Below the pieces are notes generated by a model, which saw only the letters and a list, made by a program, of their open reading frames with translations, did no database searches and was not told the DNA's origin. The position numbers and the translations under genes were made by a program. Positions 1-11,591 of a stretch of DNA of 64,000 bases are shown here, piece by piece. This DNA is from Centroscyllium fabricii (Eukaryota), in contig JBNRSN020000007.1 in the NCBI GenBank assembly GCA_051313645.2, positions 272,428,001 to 272,492,000 of the forward strand. The letters are read 5' to 3'. The first letter of the stretch is position 1; each line of letters starts with the position of its first letter.

Positions 1-44
1 AGCTCGTTCGGAATATGGTGAAATGCAGTGTTTCAGGACCATTG

Positions 45-371
45 TTTTAAGCACCTATCATGACCGTGGGATGTTCCAAAGCGCTTTACTGTTTTAGTGA
101 TGTTTGAGGGATAAATATTGGCCAGGACATGGGGAGAACTCCTATGTTCTTCTTTGAACAGTGCTGTGGTTTCTTTTACATTCACCTGAGGGCAGATGGG
201 GCCTCGGTTTAACATCTCTTCTGAAGGCCCGCGCTTCCGACAGCGCAGCTCTCCCTCAGTACTCCACTGAAATGTCAGCCTTTTCATGTGCTTAAGTCTC
301 TTGAGTGGGAAATGAACCCACAACTTTCTGACTCTGATGTGAGAGTGCTACTACTGAGCCAAAGCTGACAT
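45..371 (-). mobile_element. Deu-domain tRNA-derived SINE (SacSINE1-like), degenerate
   Basis: Minus strand reads tgtcagctttggctcagtagtagcactctc...gttgtgggttcatttcccact (tRNA-like A/B boxes), then the Deu-like core agtactgagggagagctgcgctgtcggaag and an L2-type tail gtaaagcgctttggaacatcc. Second copy at 60970-62060. Confidence 0.7.
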
Positions 372-796
372 CTTTAAAAATATTAGCTGTAGATTAACAT
401 CCCAGATTTTTTGTTGTTGATCTTCCCTCAAATAAGTTGGGGGTTGGGGGGGGAGGGTGATCTGCAGCTCTGTCAGTGTGCATGTTCTGTTGGAAGCAAC
501 GGGTTTGAGGGGGTGAATTGCCTTTTCCTGTTCTGTACTTCAATAAATTATGCTTAGTTTATTATCCTGTTCTCAATTATTTTTCTCTTGCACGAAGAAC
601 AGTCACCAGTTTTTTTTTTCATGGCTTGGACAAAATGAAAGTGGGTGAATTTTTCTTCCTTTCCAAAGGTCCTGTCAAAATAGTTTTTCCAGTAAGACTG
701 GGTTTAATTTCCTTAGTCTGTCATCCTAGCTGATTGAACAGACATAGTACCATCCTTGATGACCTTCTCTGAACCCTTTTCAGTAAGTGTAATGAC

Positions 797-1052
797 TAAT
801 AATAATAATTCAACTTTATTGTCATTATACAATGTACAAGTACAAGAACAACGAAATGTGATCTTGCAAGCTCCCAAGAGTCCAGCAAAGCCGCTGCGTC
901 TGTGCGCGCCGCCATTCCATCTTTCCATCATTCCGACAATCTTCAGCCAACCGCCCCGCCCCGGCGCTCCTTTCGTGACCTTCTGCACCTGGTATTCCCT
1001 GGTGGTCACCCCTCCAAGTACTAACCAGGCCTGGCTCTGCTTAGCTTCCAAG
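797..1052 (-). mobile_element. 5S rRNA-derived SINE (SINE3-type) with Rex1/Babar-like 3' tail
   Basis: 1052-979 on minus (cttggaagctaagcagagccaggcctggttagtacttggaggggtgaccaccagggaataccaggtgc) matches the 3' two-thirds of vertebrate 5S rRNA. A GC-rich body follows, then atgacaataaagttgaattattattatt, which resembles the Rex1 end at 8273-8300. Confidence 0.75.
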
Positions 1053-1226
1053 CCTTGCCAGTGGCCCTGTCCCTAGTCCCAGGAACAGGACTAAACTAGG
1101 TGCAAACTTTCTGGGTGAGAGATTTGTTCTGATATGGTAGCATGCTGATTTAAAAGGCGTTTATCTGAATAATTTGCATACATTCAAAAAGAAATTGCAA
1201 TCTGATTTTTTTTCTTTTTATTTCAG

Positions 1227-1295
1227 CCTTCTTTAAAACATGAACCTGTTACTGTAGAAGCAGTTCCACAGCCGACGTCTGTTACTATAAAGCAG
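1227..1295 (+). CDS. MYBL2: Probable MYBL2 internal exon (PSLKHEPVTVEAVPQPTSVTIKQ)
   Basis: Strong pyrimidine tract + tttcag acceptor, 69 bp open phase-0 frame, cag|gttaga donor. Joins in frame to the exon at 10352. The peptide itself is not diagnostic. Confidence 0.6.
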
Positions 1296-2788
1296 GTTAG
1301 AAAATAGTCTTTGAATAAAAAAAATCATCAGCACTTGAATTAAATGCAAGCTTTAATTTCTATTAGGCGTAGAAATATAATACAATGTTGTGGGTTTTAA
1401 TTGTTTACTTAAGAGAGCATTTCAGTTACAATATTTTTATTTGGTAAATACTGTGTACATATATGTTGTGTTCCATATGTTTAATTCTAGTTTACAATAG
1501 TATTGGGCATTCACAAAGTAAGACCTGCAGTTATACTGCAGGTAATGATCTGAAACCAGCAGCCTCAAGCTATGATGCACAGGCAGCAGACCTTTGTTGT
1601 AATGTGCAATGATCTGTGTTTGACAGACGTCCAGGTACAGCAACAGCAGCTCTGCTTCTGTTTGCTTTGTAGCAAACTGGGACCACTATTCTCCAGCAGT
1701 TGCACGAGCAGAGTGGGATTGTCTGCTTTGTCATAAAGTTGAAAGCATTCCATGCACAATTCTTAAAGTTCTCGGGAGATCCAGCAGGCCACCTGGGACT
1801 TCTTAAATTTCAGCTTTGCACTAGACTGCAGTTTTACTGCAGCCAGGGTGAACTCAGAATGGTGCCCTTTTGGAGAAGGTGTCTCATTACTTGGATTTTA
1901 GAACGTTTTGGTGTGAGATGGAGACCAGACCCATCACCTGAGGTTACACTGCGAGGTTTCATGTCACTGCATGCCTGAAACCGCTTTGCATCAACACCAT
2001 TGTGGCAGTATAATTGCATTCTCAATTATGTTTTTGGAAGTAATCAGGGAAGCTCATTACTCTAAAGCTTATAAATTATAGACTGAACTGGCAATGACCT
2101 AGTACATCGCTTTGATGGAACTCTGTCACACATTGTCGTCATCTAAACCCCCTTTTATACAGAGCTCAAATACAGTTGATAATCACTTGCTGATCCCAGC
2201 TTGTTGGAGCACATTTTAGGCTTATGGGAAATCTGTTACGTGCCTGAGAGATTCAAGTACATTTTCGTTAAATTATTCTGTGGTCCCAATAGCCACTAGT
2301 GTCAAATTTGTCTCACCTGTCCTCATTACCCATGTCTTTGGTTGCACACTTGCTGCAGTACTTAATAGACAAAATAACATTTAAAATAGATATAGCGATT
2401 GATCACCAAAATTTTACAGTGTCAATATTTGATCTGGTACTGAATTGCTTATCAATACAGCGTGTTTTAAGCTTGTCCTCTTGCTGTTTAATGTACAGAC
2501 TGCTTGAAGCAATTGTAAAGCATGAAGTGTCTGACCGGCCGCCTTCCCCCCCCTTGCTCCCCTCAACTTGTCAGGTTTTGTAGAAACTGCTGAAATACTT
2601 ACATTTTAAAAAGTACTTCAAATAACTTTTGAAACTCCCATACCATTTTTACCAAAGTGCAAAACAACTTCCTTAACAAGCAAAATCCTGTAACTAAAAT
2701 CAGTAAAACTTTAGTTATTTGATGTTTGTATCTTTGTAATTACATTTTTTCTGACTTAAACTACTCAATCAATTGCAGAAATCACAAG

Positions 2789-2858
2789 TGTAAGAAGTCA
2801 CACAACACCAGGTTATAGTCCAACAGTTTTATTTGATATCACAAGCTTTCGGAGCGCA
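2789..2858 (-). mobile_element. Penelope-like element 3'-end fragment
   Basis: tgtaagaagtcacacaacaccaggttatagtccaacagttttatttgatatcacaagctttcggagcgc, the same terminus as the hairpin elements; truncated within the hammerhead motif. Confidence 0.75.
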
Positions 2859-4274
2859 AGGTAATTGTCCTGATGGACATAACTGCCAGTCTGGGCGTGC
2901 GACAGGTAGTGAGAGAACCAGCATGAACGAAAAACCTACTTGACCTCATCCTCACTAATCTACCTGTCGCAGATGCATCTGTCCATGACAGTATTGGAAG
3001 CAGTGACCGCCGCACAGTCATTATGGAGACGAAGCCCCCTCTTAACACTGAGGACACCTTCCATCGTGTTGTGTGGCAGTGCCACAGTGCTAAATGGGAC
3101 AGATTCAGAACCGATCTAGCAGCTCAAAACTAGGCATCCATGAGGCGCTGTGGGCCATCAGCAGTATCAAAATTACATCCACCACAATCTGTAACCTCAT
3201 GGCCTGGCATATCCCTCACTCTACCATTAACATCAAGCCAGGGAACCAACACTGGTTCAATAAGGAGCAGCACCAGGCGTACCTGAAAATGAGGCGGCAA
3301 CCTGGGGAAGCTGCAACACAGGACTACATGCATGCTAAAAAGCAGAAGCAGTCTATAGTAGACAGGGCTAAGCAATCCCACAATTAACGGATCAGATCAA
3401 AGCTCTGCAGTCCTGCCACATCCAGTCGTGAATTAAGCAACGAACGGTAGGAGAAGGGTTCATGATTATCCTCATCCTCAATGATGGTGGAGCCCAGCAC
3501 GTGAGTGCAAACAACGAGGCTGAAGCCTACTTCAGCCGAAAGTGCCAAGTAGATGATCTATATCGGCCTACTCCTGAGGCCTCCACCATCACAGAAGCCA
3601 GTCCAGCCAATTCGATTCACTCCACGTGATATCAAATGACTGAGTGCACTGGACACAGCAAAAACTATGGGCCCCCGACAACATCCCGGCTATCGTGCTG
3701 AAGACGTGCTCTAGAACTAGCTGCACCTCTAGCCAAGCTGTTCCAGTACAGCTGCAACACTGGCATCTATCCAACAATGTGGAAAACTGCCCAGGTCTAT
3801 CCTGTCCACAAAAAGCAGGATAAATCCAACCCGGCCAATTACCACCCCATCAGTCTACTCTCGATCATCAGCAAAGTGATGGAGGGTGTCATCGACAGTG
3901 CTATCAAGCGGCACTTACTCGCCAATAATCTGCTCACTCGTGCCTAGTTTGGGTTTTGCCAAGACTACTCTGCTCCCGACCTCTTTACAGTCTTGGTCCA
4001 AACATGGACAAAGGAGCTAAATTCCAGAGGTGAGGTGGCAGTAACTGCCCTTGACATCAAGGCAGCATTTGACCAAGGGTGGCAACAAGGAGCCCTAGTA
4101 AAACTGAAGTCAATGGGAATCGGGGAAAACGCTCCACTGGTTGGAGTCATACCTAGCACAAAGGAAGATGGTTGTGGTGGTTGAAGGTCAATCATCACAG
4201 TCCCCAAGACATCGCTGCAGGACTTCCTCAGGGTAGTGTCCTCGGCCCAACCATCTTCAGCTGCTTCATCAATG

Positions 4275-4356
4275 CAAGAAGTCACACAACACCAGGTTAT
4301 AGTCCAACAGTTTTATTTGAAATCACAAGCTTTCAGAGCGCTGCTCCTTCCTCAGG
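4275..4356 (-). mobile_element. Penelope-like 3'-end fragment starting at the hammerhead core
   Basis: 82 bp interrupts the host LINE at FSCFIN|DLP. Minus strand reads cctgaggaaggagcagcgctctgaaagcttgtg...aataaa...gacttcttg. Confidence 0.8.
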
Positions 4357-4925
4357 CCTTCCCTCCAACATAAGATCAGAAACAGGGATGTTCGCTGTTG
4401 ACTGCACAATGTTCAGCGCCATTCACAGCTCCTCAGATAATGAACCAATCTATGCCCGCATGCAACAAGACCTAGACAACGCTCAGGCTTGGGCTGACGT
4501 GGCAGGTAACATTTGCGCCACACAAGCAAGAGTCTAACCACCCCCCCCTTGAAATTAAACAGCATTAGCATTGCCAAATTTCCCACCATCAATATCCTGG
4601 GGGGGGGGGGGGGTCACCATTGACCAGAAACTTAACTGGACCAGCCACATAAATACTGCGGCAACAAGAGCAGGTCAGAGGCTGGGTATTCTGTGGTGAG
4701 TGTGTCACCTCCTGACTCCCCAAAGCCTTTCCACCATCTACAAGGCACAAGTCAGGAGTGTGATGGAATACTCTCCACTTGCCTGGATGAGTGCAGCTCC
4801 AACAACACTCAAGAAGCTCGACACGGCGTGCGCACGATCGCAGCGGCTTTGTCTCTCCCGAGACACATCTTTCACCTCTTCTTTATCATCATCTTCATCC
4901 TAGGTCTGCTCTCCAGGAAAGCGAA

Positions 4926-5287
4926 TTGCAAGAAGTCACACAACACCAGATTATAGTCCAACAGTTTTATTTTAAATCACAAGCTTTCGGAGCTTCTGCC
5001 CCTTTGTCAGGTGAAAGAGAGACTGACTTAAAGAACGCACATATGGGAGGAAGGGAGAAATCCGATCTCTCCCACATGGGTGGGAGAGATCGGATCACAA
5101 GGGGAGATGTGGGAGAGATCGGATTTTTCCCTTCCTCCCATATGTGCGTTCTTTAAGTCAGTCTCTCCTGACGAAGGGGCAGACGCTCCGAAAGCTTGTG
5201 ATTTAAAATAAAACTGTTGGACTATAATCTGGTGTTGTGTGACTTCTTGCAATTGTCCACCCCAGTCCAACACCGGCACCTCCACAT
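4926..5287. mobile_element. Penelope-derived hairpin-tail element 1
   Basis: Inverted arms ~4926-5077 and 5107-5252, a one-sided ~35 nt tail on the right, and TSD caggaaagcgaa at 4914-4925 and 5288-5299. Confidence 0.88.
5165..5200 (+). ncRNA. Minimal hammerhead ribozyme motif (helix I impaired)
   Basis: CTGACGA-A-GGGGC-agac-GCTCC-GAAA-GCTT-gtg: conserved core, 5-bp helix II, palindromic AGCT helix III. Confidence 0.65.
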
Positions 5288-8200
5288 CAGGAAAGCGAAG
5301 GCAGACCTCCGCTACAGCCGGCAAGCTGTTCTGGACATCGGGGCCAGCTGCGGGGCACTTTCACTGGGAGATCGCGATCTCGATCTCCCAGCTGAAACTT
5401 ACAAGACAGCAGCAGCGTGGCGCTCAGCGGGGGGTTGGCGGAGGCCCAGAAGAGAATGAACCCAGAAGAGAGGTAAGAGAGCAGGGACCCTCACTAGGCT
5501 GAAGAGGGCCCCTCTCAAACCCCCTCTGCCTGGCATCTACCTAGTCAACGTCAGGTCCCTAGGGAGTAAAATTGATGAAATCAAACTTGGCCTCTCCACA
5601 CAGAGCAGGATCAATGAATGCTGCGCCATGATCTTCACGGAGACCTGGCTGAACGACGGCATTCCTGACTCCGCCATCCAGCTGGCGGGTCACTCGGTCT
5701 TCCGCGCTGACCGAACAGTTGACTCCAGTAAGAACAAGGGAGGCGGCCTGTGCATCTACACGAACAACGCCTGGGGCACGAACGCGGAACTGATTAAAAG
5801 TTCCTGCTCCGCCGATCTGGAATTCCTCACAGTAAGGTGCAGACCCTTTTACCTGCCTCGGGAATTCACGGCCGTCATCTTCACTGTGGTCTACATCCCT
5901 CCACGTGCTAATGCCAAACTGGCACTAAAGGATCTCCACAGGGCCATCAGCGAGCAGCAGACCGCACATCCGGAGGGAGCTTTTATTGTGGCGGGGGACT
6001 TCAACCACGCTAACCCCAAATCCGTACTACCGAAATTTCACACTGTCTCCTGCCCCACGAGGGGCGAGAACACCCTGGACCAGGTTTACACCAACATCGC
6101 AGAGGCTTACAAAGCCATCCCCTGCCCCCACCTCGGTAAGTCCGACCACCTTTCACTGTTCTTTGCCCCAGCATACAAACCACTCCTCAAAAGTGTGAAA
6201 GCTCCAGCCAAAACAGTCAGGGTATGGCCAGAAGGAGCAGTCTCAAAGCTACAAGACTGCTTCGAACGCACTGAATGGAGCATGTTCGCTCACACGGACA
6301 TCGAGGAATACGCATCCACAGTGTTATTTTACATCAACAGCTGTGTCGAGGTGGTCACTACCCAAAAAACCATCAAGACATTCCCCAACCAGAAACCCTG
6401 GATGAACGGGGAGGTCTGCTTGCTGCTGAAGGCACGTGACGCAGCTTTAAAATCTGGTGACGTGGCGGCTTACAGCGTAGCTAGGGCCAACCTAAAGAGG
6501 GGAATCCGGTCTGCCGAACTCAATCGGGCACTGAAGATAGAAGAACACTTCTACAACAACTCGGACCCTCGGCGTATGTGGCAAGGCATCCAGTCCATCA
6601 CGGACTACAAGTGCAAGAACACCAGCCCCCCGACCAGCGATGCCTGCCTACCGGAGGAACTCCACAACTTCTATGCTCGCTTCGACAGGGACAACAGGGA
6701 GCCAGCCACCAAAGTCTTGCAATCTCTGGTAGACCAGCCACTAATACTGTCGTCCTCCGACGTAAGAGGTGCTCTACGTGGAGTGAATGCACGGAAGGCC
6801 GCGGGTCCTGACGGCATCCCAGGCCGGGCACTCAAAGACTGTGCTGACCAACTGGCTGAGGTCTTCACCGACATCTTCAACCTGTCACTGGCGAAGGCAG
6901 CTGTCCCTACCTGCTTCAAGACCGCCACCATCATCCCTGTGCCCAAGAAAACGGCCGTGACGTGCCTGAACGACTACCGCCCTGTCGCACTCACACCCAT
7001 AATCATGAAGTGTTTCGAGCGGCTGGTCCTGGCCCACATCAAAGCCAGCGTCCCCACCGCCCTGGACCAATACCAGTTCGCCTATCGAGGAAACCGATCA
7101 ACGGAAGATGCAATCACTACGGCTCTACACTCTGCACTAAACCACCTGGATAGCAAAGATACATATATCAGAATGCTGTTTATTGACTACAGCTCAGCAT
7201 TCAACACTATCGTCCCCAACAAGTTGTCTACCAAACTCCTCACCCTCGGCCTGAACACCTCCCTCTGCAACTGGATCCTGGACTTCCTAACCAACAGACC
7301 TCAGTCTGTGAAGTTAGGCAATCTCACCTCCTCTCTCTTTCCCCCCCCCCCCCCCCCCCCTGCTTACCCTGAACACGGGGGCCCCACAAGGCTGTGTGCT
7401 GAGCCCACTCCTCTACTCCCTCTTCACCCAGTACTGTGCGGCTGTCCATGGCTCCAACACGATCATCAAGTTTGCGGACGACACCACGGTGGTTGGCCAG
7501 ATCACCAACAACGATGAGTCAGCCTACAGGGATGAGATTTAGCACCTTGTGGGATGGTGTGCCGATAACAACCCGGCACTGAACACCAAGAAAACCAAGG
7601 AGGTCATAGTGGACTTCCGGAATAATAGAAGCAGAAGACACACCCCCATCTTCATCCAAGGGGCTGAGGTGGAAAGGGTGTCCAGCTTCAAGTTCCTCGG
7701 GGTGTCCACATTTCAGAAGACCTCCTGGTCACTAAACACCTCCTCTCTGATTAAGAAAGCCCAACAGCGCCTGTATTTCCTAAGGAAGCTGAAAAAAGCC
7801 AAGCTGTCATCCGGCATCCTCACCAACTTCTACCGCTGCACAATCAAAAGCATACTGACTAGCTGCATCACAGTCTGGTATGGAAACTGCAACATCTCGG
7901 ACCGGAAGGCCCTGCAACAGGTAGTCAAAACTGCCCAACGAATCACCGGCACCCAGCTACCGTCCATTGAATGCACCTACCTCAAGCGCTGCCTACGGAG
8001 GTCTCGGAACATTATTAAAGACCCCACACACCCCAGCTACAGTCTGTTCGACCCCTGCCCTCCGGGAGACGCTACAGATCAATTCGCACCAGCACGACTA
8101 GATTCAAGAACAGCTTCTTCCCCAGGGCTGTCAGCCTCCTGAACTCCAACAAAAAACTCCAGTATCTGCACACCTGAAATGTACTTTACTGTATGCAATT

Positions 8201-8749
8201 GTATGTAACTTATTTGCACTACTCTCTGGAGCGGCGAGTCTTTGTTTTGTTGTATTGTGCTAGTACTCTGCAATGACAATAAAACTTGAATTGAATTGAA
8301 ACCATCCAGGACAAAGCAGCCCGCTTGATTGGCACCCCATTCATCACCTTAAACATTCACTCCCTCCACCACCGGCATACCGTGGCTGCAGCGTGTACTA
8401 TCTAAAAGACGCACTGCAGCAACTCGCCAAGGCTTCTTCGGCAGCACCTGCCAAACCTGCGACCTCTTCCATCTAGAAGGACAAGGGCAGCAGACGCATG
8501 GGAGCACCACCACCTCCAAGTTCTCCTCCAAGTCACGCACCATCCTGACTTAGAAGTATATTGCCGATCCTTCATCGTCGCTGGGTCAAAATCCTGGAAC
8601 TCCCTACCTAACAGCACTATGGGAATACCTTCACCACACGGACTGCAACAGTTCAAGGCGGCGACTCACCACCACCTTCTCGAGGGCAATTGGGGATGGG
8701 CAATAAATGCGGAGTGAAGCCCACATGCCATAAACGAATTTAAAAAAAG

Positions 8750-9060
8750 AATTGCAGATAAAGAAGGCCATTGAACCACCCATGTTAATACATTCATCCA
8801 GAAAATTCCTACAATCCCAACCCCCAGCAGTTGGCTACATCCAATTGTTTCTTAAACAATTCCAAGGTTTTTAACCTCCACTTCTATATCTGGAAGTCTA
8901 TTTCATGTGTTGATCACTCTTTGTGTGAAGATCTTCCTGATACCAATCCTAAATTTACCATTTACTAGTTTGGACTTGTGTGCCCTTGTCCCACTCACAA
9001 TTTAAAGGCTGGATTGCCTTTTCCATTTTCTTAACTGTCTTGCATAAGATCACCTTGCAG
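8750..9060 (-). mobile_element. Old CR1 LINE 3' fragment
   Basis: Degenerate minus-strand match to the CR1 C-terminal region (cttcacacaaagagtgatcaacacatgaaatagact) and tail. Confidence 0.55.
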
Positions 9061-9274
9061 ACGCCTCCTTTGCAGTTTGAAAACCCCAGGTTTTTTACTC
9101 TTTTTCTCATAACCGTATTACCCTCATCGCACTTCTCTACACTGCTTCCAGTACTTGGGAGACATTCAAGCACCGGTGGAAACAGCTTAAAGCTTCGAGG
9201 ATAATCTCGCGTGTACGAGGTTTTGAGTTCTGAGGAAGGACTGGAGAAACCTGGGCTTTTCAACCTGGAAATAA

Positions 9275-10083
9275 GGGGGGGATTTTGCCGGAAGGGCGGG
9301 AACCTGGCGGGGATTGGTCTGGGCTGCCTCCGGCCCCGCCCGCCCAAGCAGCTGGGAAGGCCATGCAATTTTAGTTTAATTAGGTTGTTAAATCCCCGTC
9401 GGCAGCGGCGCGAGGTAATTAGGTCATTCGAGTCGGGCTGCAGCGGAGCTGTGAGCAGTTTGATAGTTCCAGCACTGGTTGTTGTCAGTTCCCATGGAAA
9501 CACTCCACTGTGACATCACAGTGGAGTGGAACCAATGGGAAAGGCCAAGTGCTGGTGACTGACAGGTGGGCGGGCTCAGAATCCCTCAACTGGCAGCGGC
9601 TGTGAGGACATGTTCGGAACTGAGATTGCTCCGTTTCTGCTAACAGCTGCTGGTGCAGGCAGAACGGAGTTACTTACTCTAAGGTGCTAGAGGCATGCCA
9701 AGCATTTGGCAGCATGTCCTTCACACCTTGAAGGAGAAAGTAATAAATGCAAGAAGTCACACAACACCAGGTTATAGTCCAACAGTAATAACCAGCGATG
9801 TGCTCCCGCTGGGTTTCACCTAGCGGGGTTTAGGGTGACGGGGTTCGGGCGGCAAGCAGGGCAAAATGGCTGAGGGCCCTTAAAATGGCATTTAAGATAA
9901 AAAATTAAGGGCCCTTAACGAGGTGACAACCCATCCCCGCCGGTCAGCAGCAGGAAGGTTTTCGGTCGGGGAATCTGGGCGGGGTAAAATGAGAAAGCGG
10001 TGGGGGCGGGACCTGCTGGTTCTGCTATTTTGCCGGCTGGGCTGCCAGAAACCCCGCCTCACAGGGACATGAAAATCCCCCCC
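9275..10083. mobile_element. Non-autonomous DNA transposon (MITE), possibly PIF/Harbinger-type
   Basis: Termini gggggggattttg ... gaaaatccccccc. It interrupts an old CR1 fragment (ctgggcttttcaacctggaaataa | aaactatgagaggtgatct). Flanks are taa and aaa. Confidence 0.65.
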
Positions 10084-10351
10084 AAACTATGAGAGGTGAT
10101 CTTATGGATGTATATATGATCGTTACGGGAATTTTTTAATGGAAAAAAAATATTGCTGTTAGAATGTGCTTTGCTTGACCATTTTTCAGTGATTCCATGA
10201 GTTTAAATGGCTTATTATTTGGCTGTGCACTCTTTTTACATTTGGAATTTATTGTGTGCTTCACTCAAAAATTAGTCTTTGACTTGCAAATCCTTGGCAG
10301 TTCCTTTTGAGTTGAGGTATAAGCAAGTTTTTTTTTTTCTATTGACTGCAG

Positions 10352-10591
10352 GAGGACAGTTTTGCCAGTTGGTCAGGCAGTCTTCTCACGGATAACTCCA
10401 TACTTGGTGATCATGGACTATCGAGCACTTCTGAAGCTCAGCAAGAACAGTCTATTTCTGATCAATCCCAGGAACCTAACCAATCTACAGAAGAGGCTTC
10501 TGGCAGCATGTTCCTGATTGTGGATTCTGGGGGAATATTCTCTCCACAGTCGGCCCCTGAATTCTCTGAGCCCCTGGAGCTAATCAAATGT
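10352..10591 (+). CDS. MYBL2: MYBL2 internal exon (EDSFASWSGSLL...PEFSEPLELIKC)
   Basis: tgcag acceptor after a T-rich tract, gtaagt donor, 240 bp open frame. The end resembles Myb-family SEALDLIES / PEFAETLELIES and joins DTDAWSDL in the next exon. Absent from the supplied ORF track. Confidence 0.88.
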
Positions 10592-11591
10592 GTAAGTGCT
10601 CACTCTGAAGTTGTCTGTTAGAAAATCTGAAAACATAATTTGTGGCCTTTTGCACTTTTCAGCACAGGAACGTTTCCAATCAATGCCAGGCTTGTTCATT
10701 TTCATAGCACTTTCCCGAAAGACAAGTGTCCTTCTGGATATTAAAGTTGATTCTGATGGCTGCTGTGAATTGTTTAAAGTTGTGTAGTGACCTCTTTGCA
10801 TCATTAACAGCTTAAATATAGTTAAGTAAGTTTATTGTGCCACATCTACATCAGCCACAACATGCAATGGGGGTAATTTTCCCCTGACTGGAACTTGATG
10901 TATTCAAAGGGTCAGGCTCATTTGTGATGGCCCCTGTGGTTGAATACGAAGGAGATGCTCCGATTCAAGACTTTTAACATGAAGAATGGTAGATTGTCTG
11001 AGGTACTGGGGTAGTCTACCACCCCAGTGAGTCACTGTCTTGAGATTTACATCTGTGTTGGAAGAGGGACCCAGGAAATTAGTTGTTTTGTGGGGGGGGG
11101 GGGGGGGGGATCTTCACCTTCCCTCTTAGTGAGAGAGAAGAATTATTTGAGCTTAACCCCCCCCCCCCCCCCCCCTCACCATGGTTACTCATTTTTGTCT
11201 CTGCATTGGAGAGTACTTGCATCTTGCCAGCTCAGTTAATGATTGAGGAAGGGGGTGGTCTTGCCAGACTTCACCTTCCTTTCAGTAGGACCTAGAAATC
11301 GTCTGTGCAGAAAAGGGGGCAAAAATAGAGGGTTGATTTCAGCTTTGCTCCAGCGTTTCCCCCAAACATTTTGGGGGTCAAACTTCACCTTCCTTTCTTC
11401 TCTTCCCCTAAAGCATTTTGGTTCGGTGGGGTGAGTGGTGGGTGGGCGTCTGAGGTTGTCAAACTTATCCTTCAACTTCATACATTAGGGAAGAAGAAAT
11501 GCGGCATTCCTGGGACCACTACAGTCTTTCAGCAATGGATGGGTTCAACTAACACGTCTCCAGGGTTCCTTCAGCTGTATTGCACCTTGCA

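Larger units (their letters stand above)
4825..8300 (+). mobile_element. Rex1/Babar LINE, near full length (APE endonuclease + RT), inactivated
   Basis: ORF 5628-7517 has [47 protein letters not shown]. The RT frame is lost at a C20 run (7341-7360), an in-frame TAG follows near 7540, and the C-terminus continues in ORF 7549-8142. (TTGAA)n tail. Confidence 0.92.
2866..8745 (+). mobile_element. CR1-group LINE (Zenon-like), degenerate, split by insertions (pieces 2866-4824 and 8301-8745)
   Basis: RT motifs ALDIKAAFD, PQGSVLGPTIF, YKAQVRSVMEYSPLAW. The frame KKLDT|IQDKAARLIG resumes at 8301. Frameshifts and stops present. Subclade label is tentative. Confidence 0.85.

Noticed and set aside
979-1052. 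Functional 5S rRNA gene
   Set aside because: The 5' third is missing, there are several substitutions, there is no oligo-T terminator, and it is fused to a SINE body and tail.
5628-7517. 629-aa ORF as a host gene or active LINE
   Set aside because: It is a Rex1/Babar endonuclease-RT with a frame break at the C20 run, a downstream in-frame stop and an insertion in its 5' region.
8955-9513. Overlapping ORFs of 182, 74 and 100 aa
   Set aside because: They run across CR1 and MITE fragments and show no recognisable domain or splice support.
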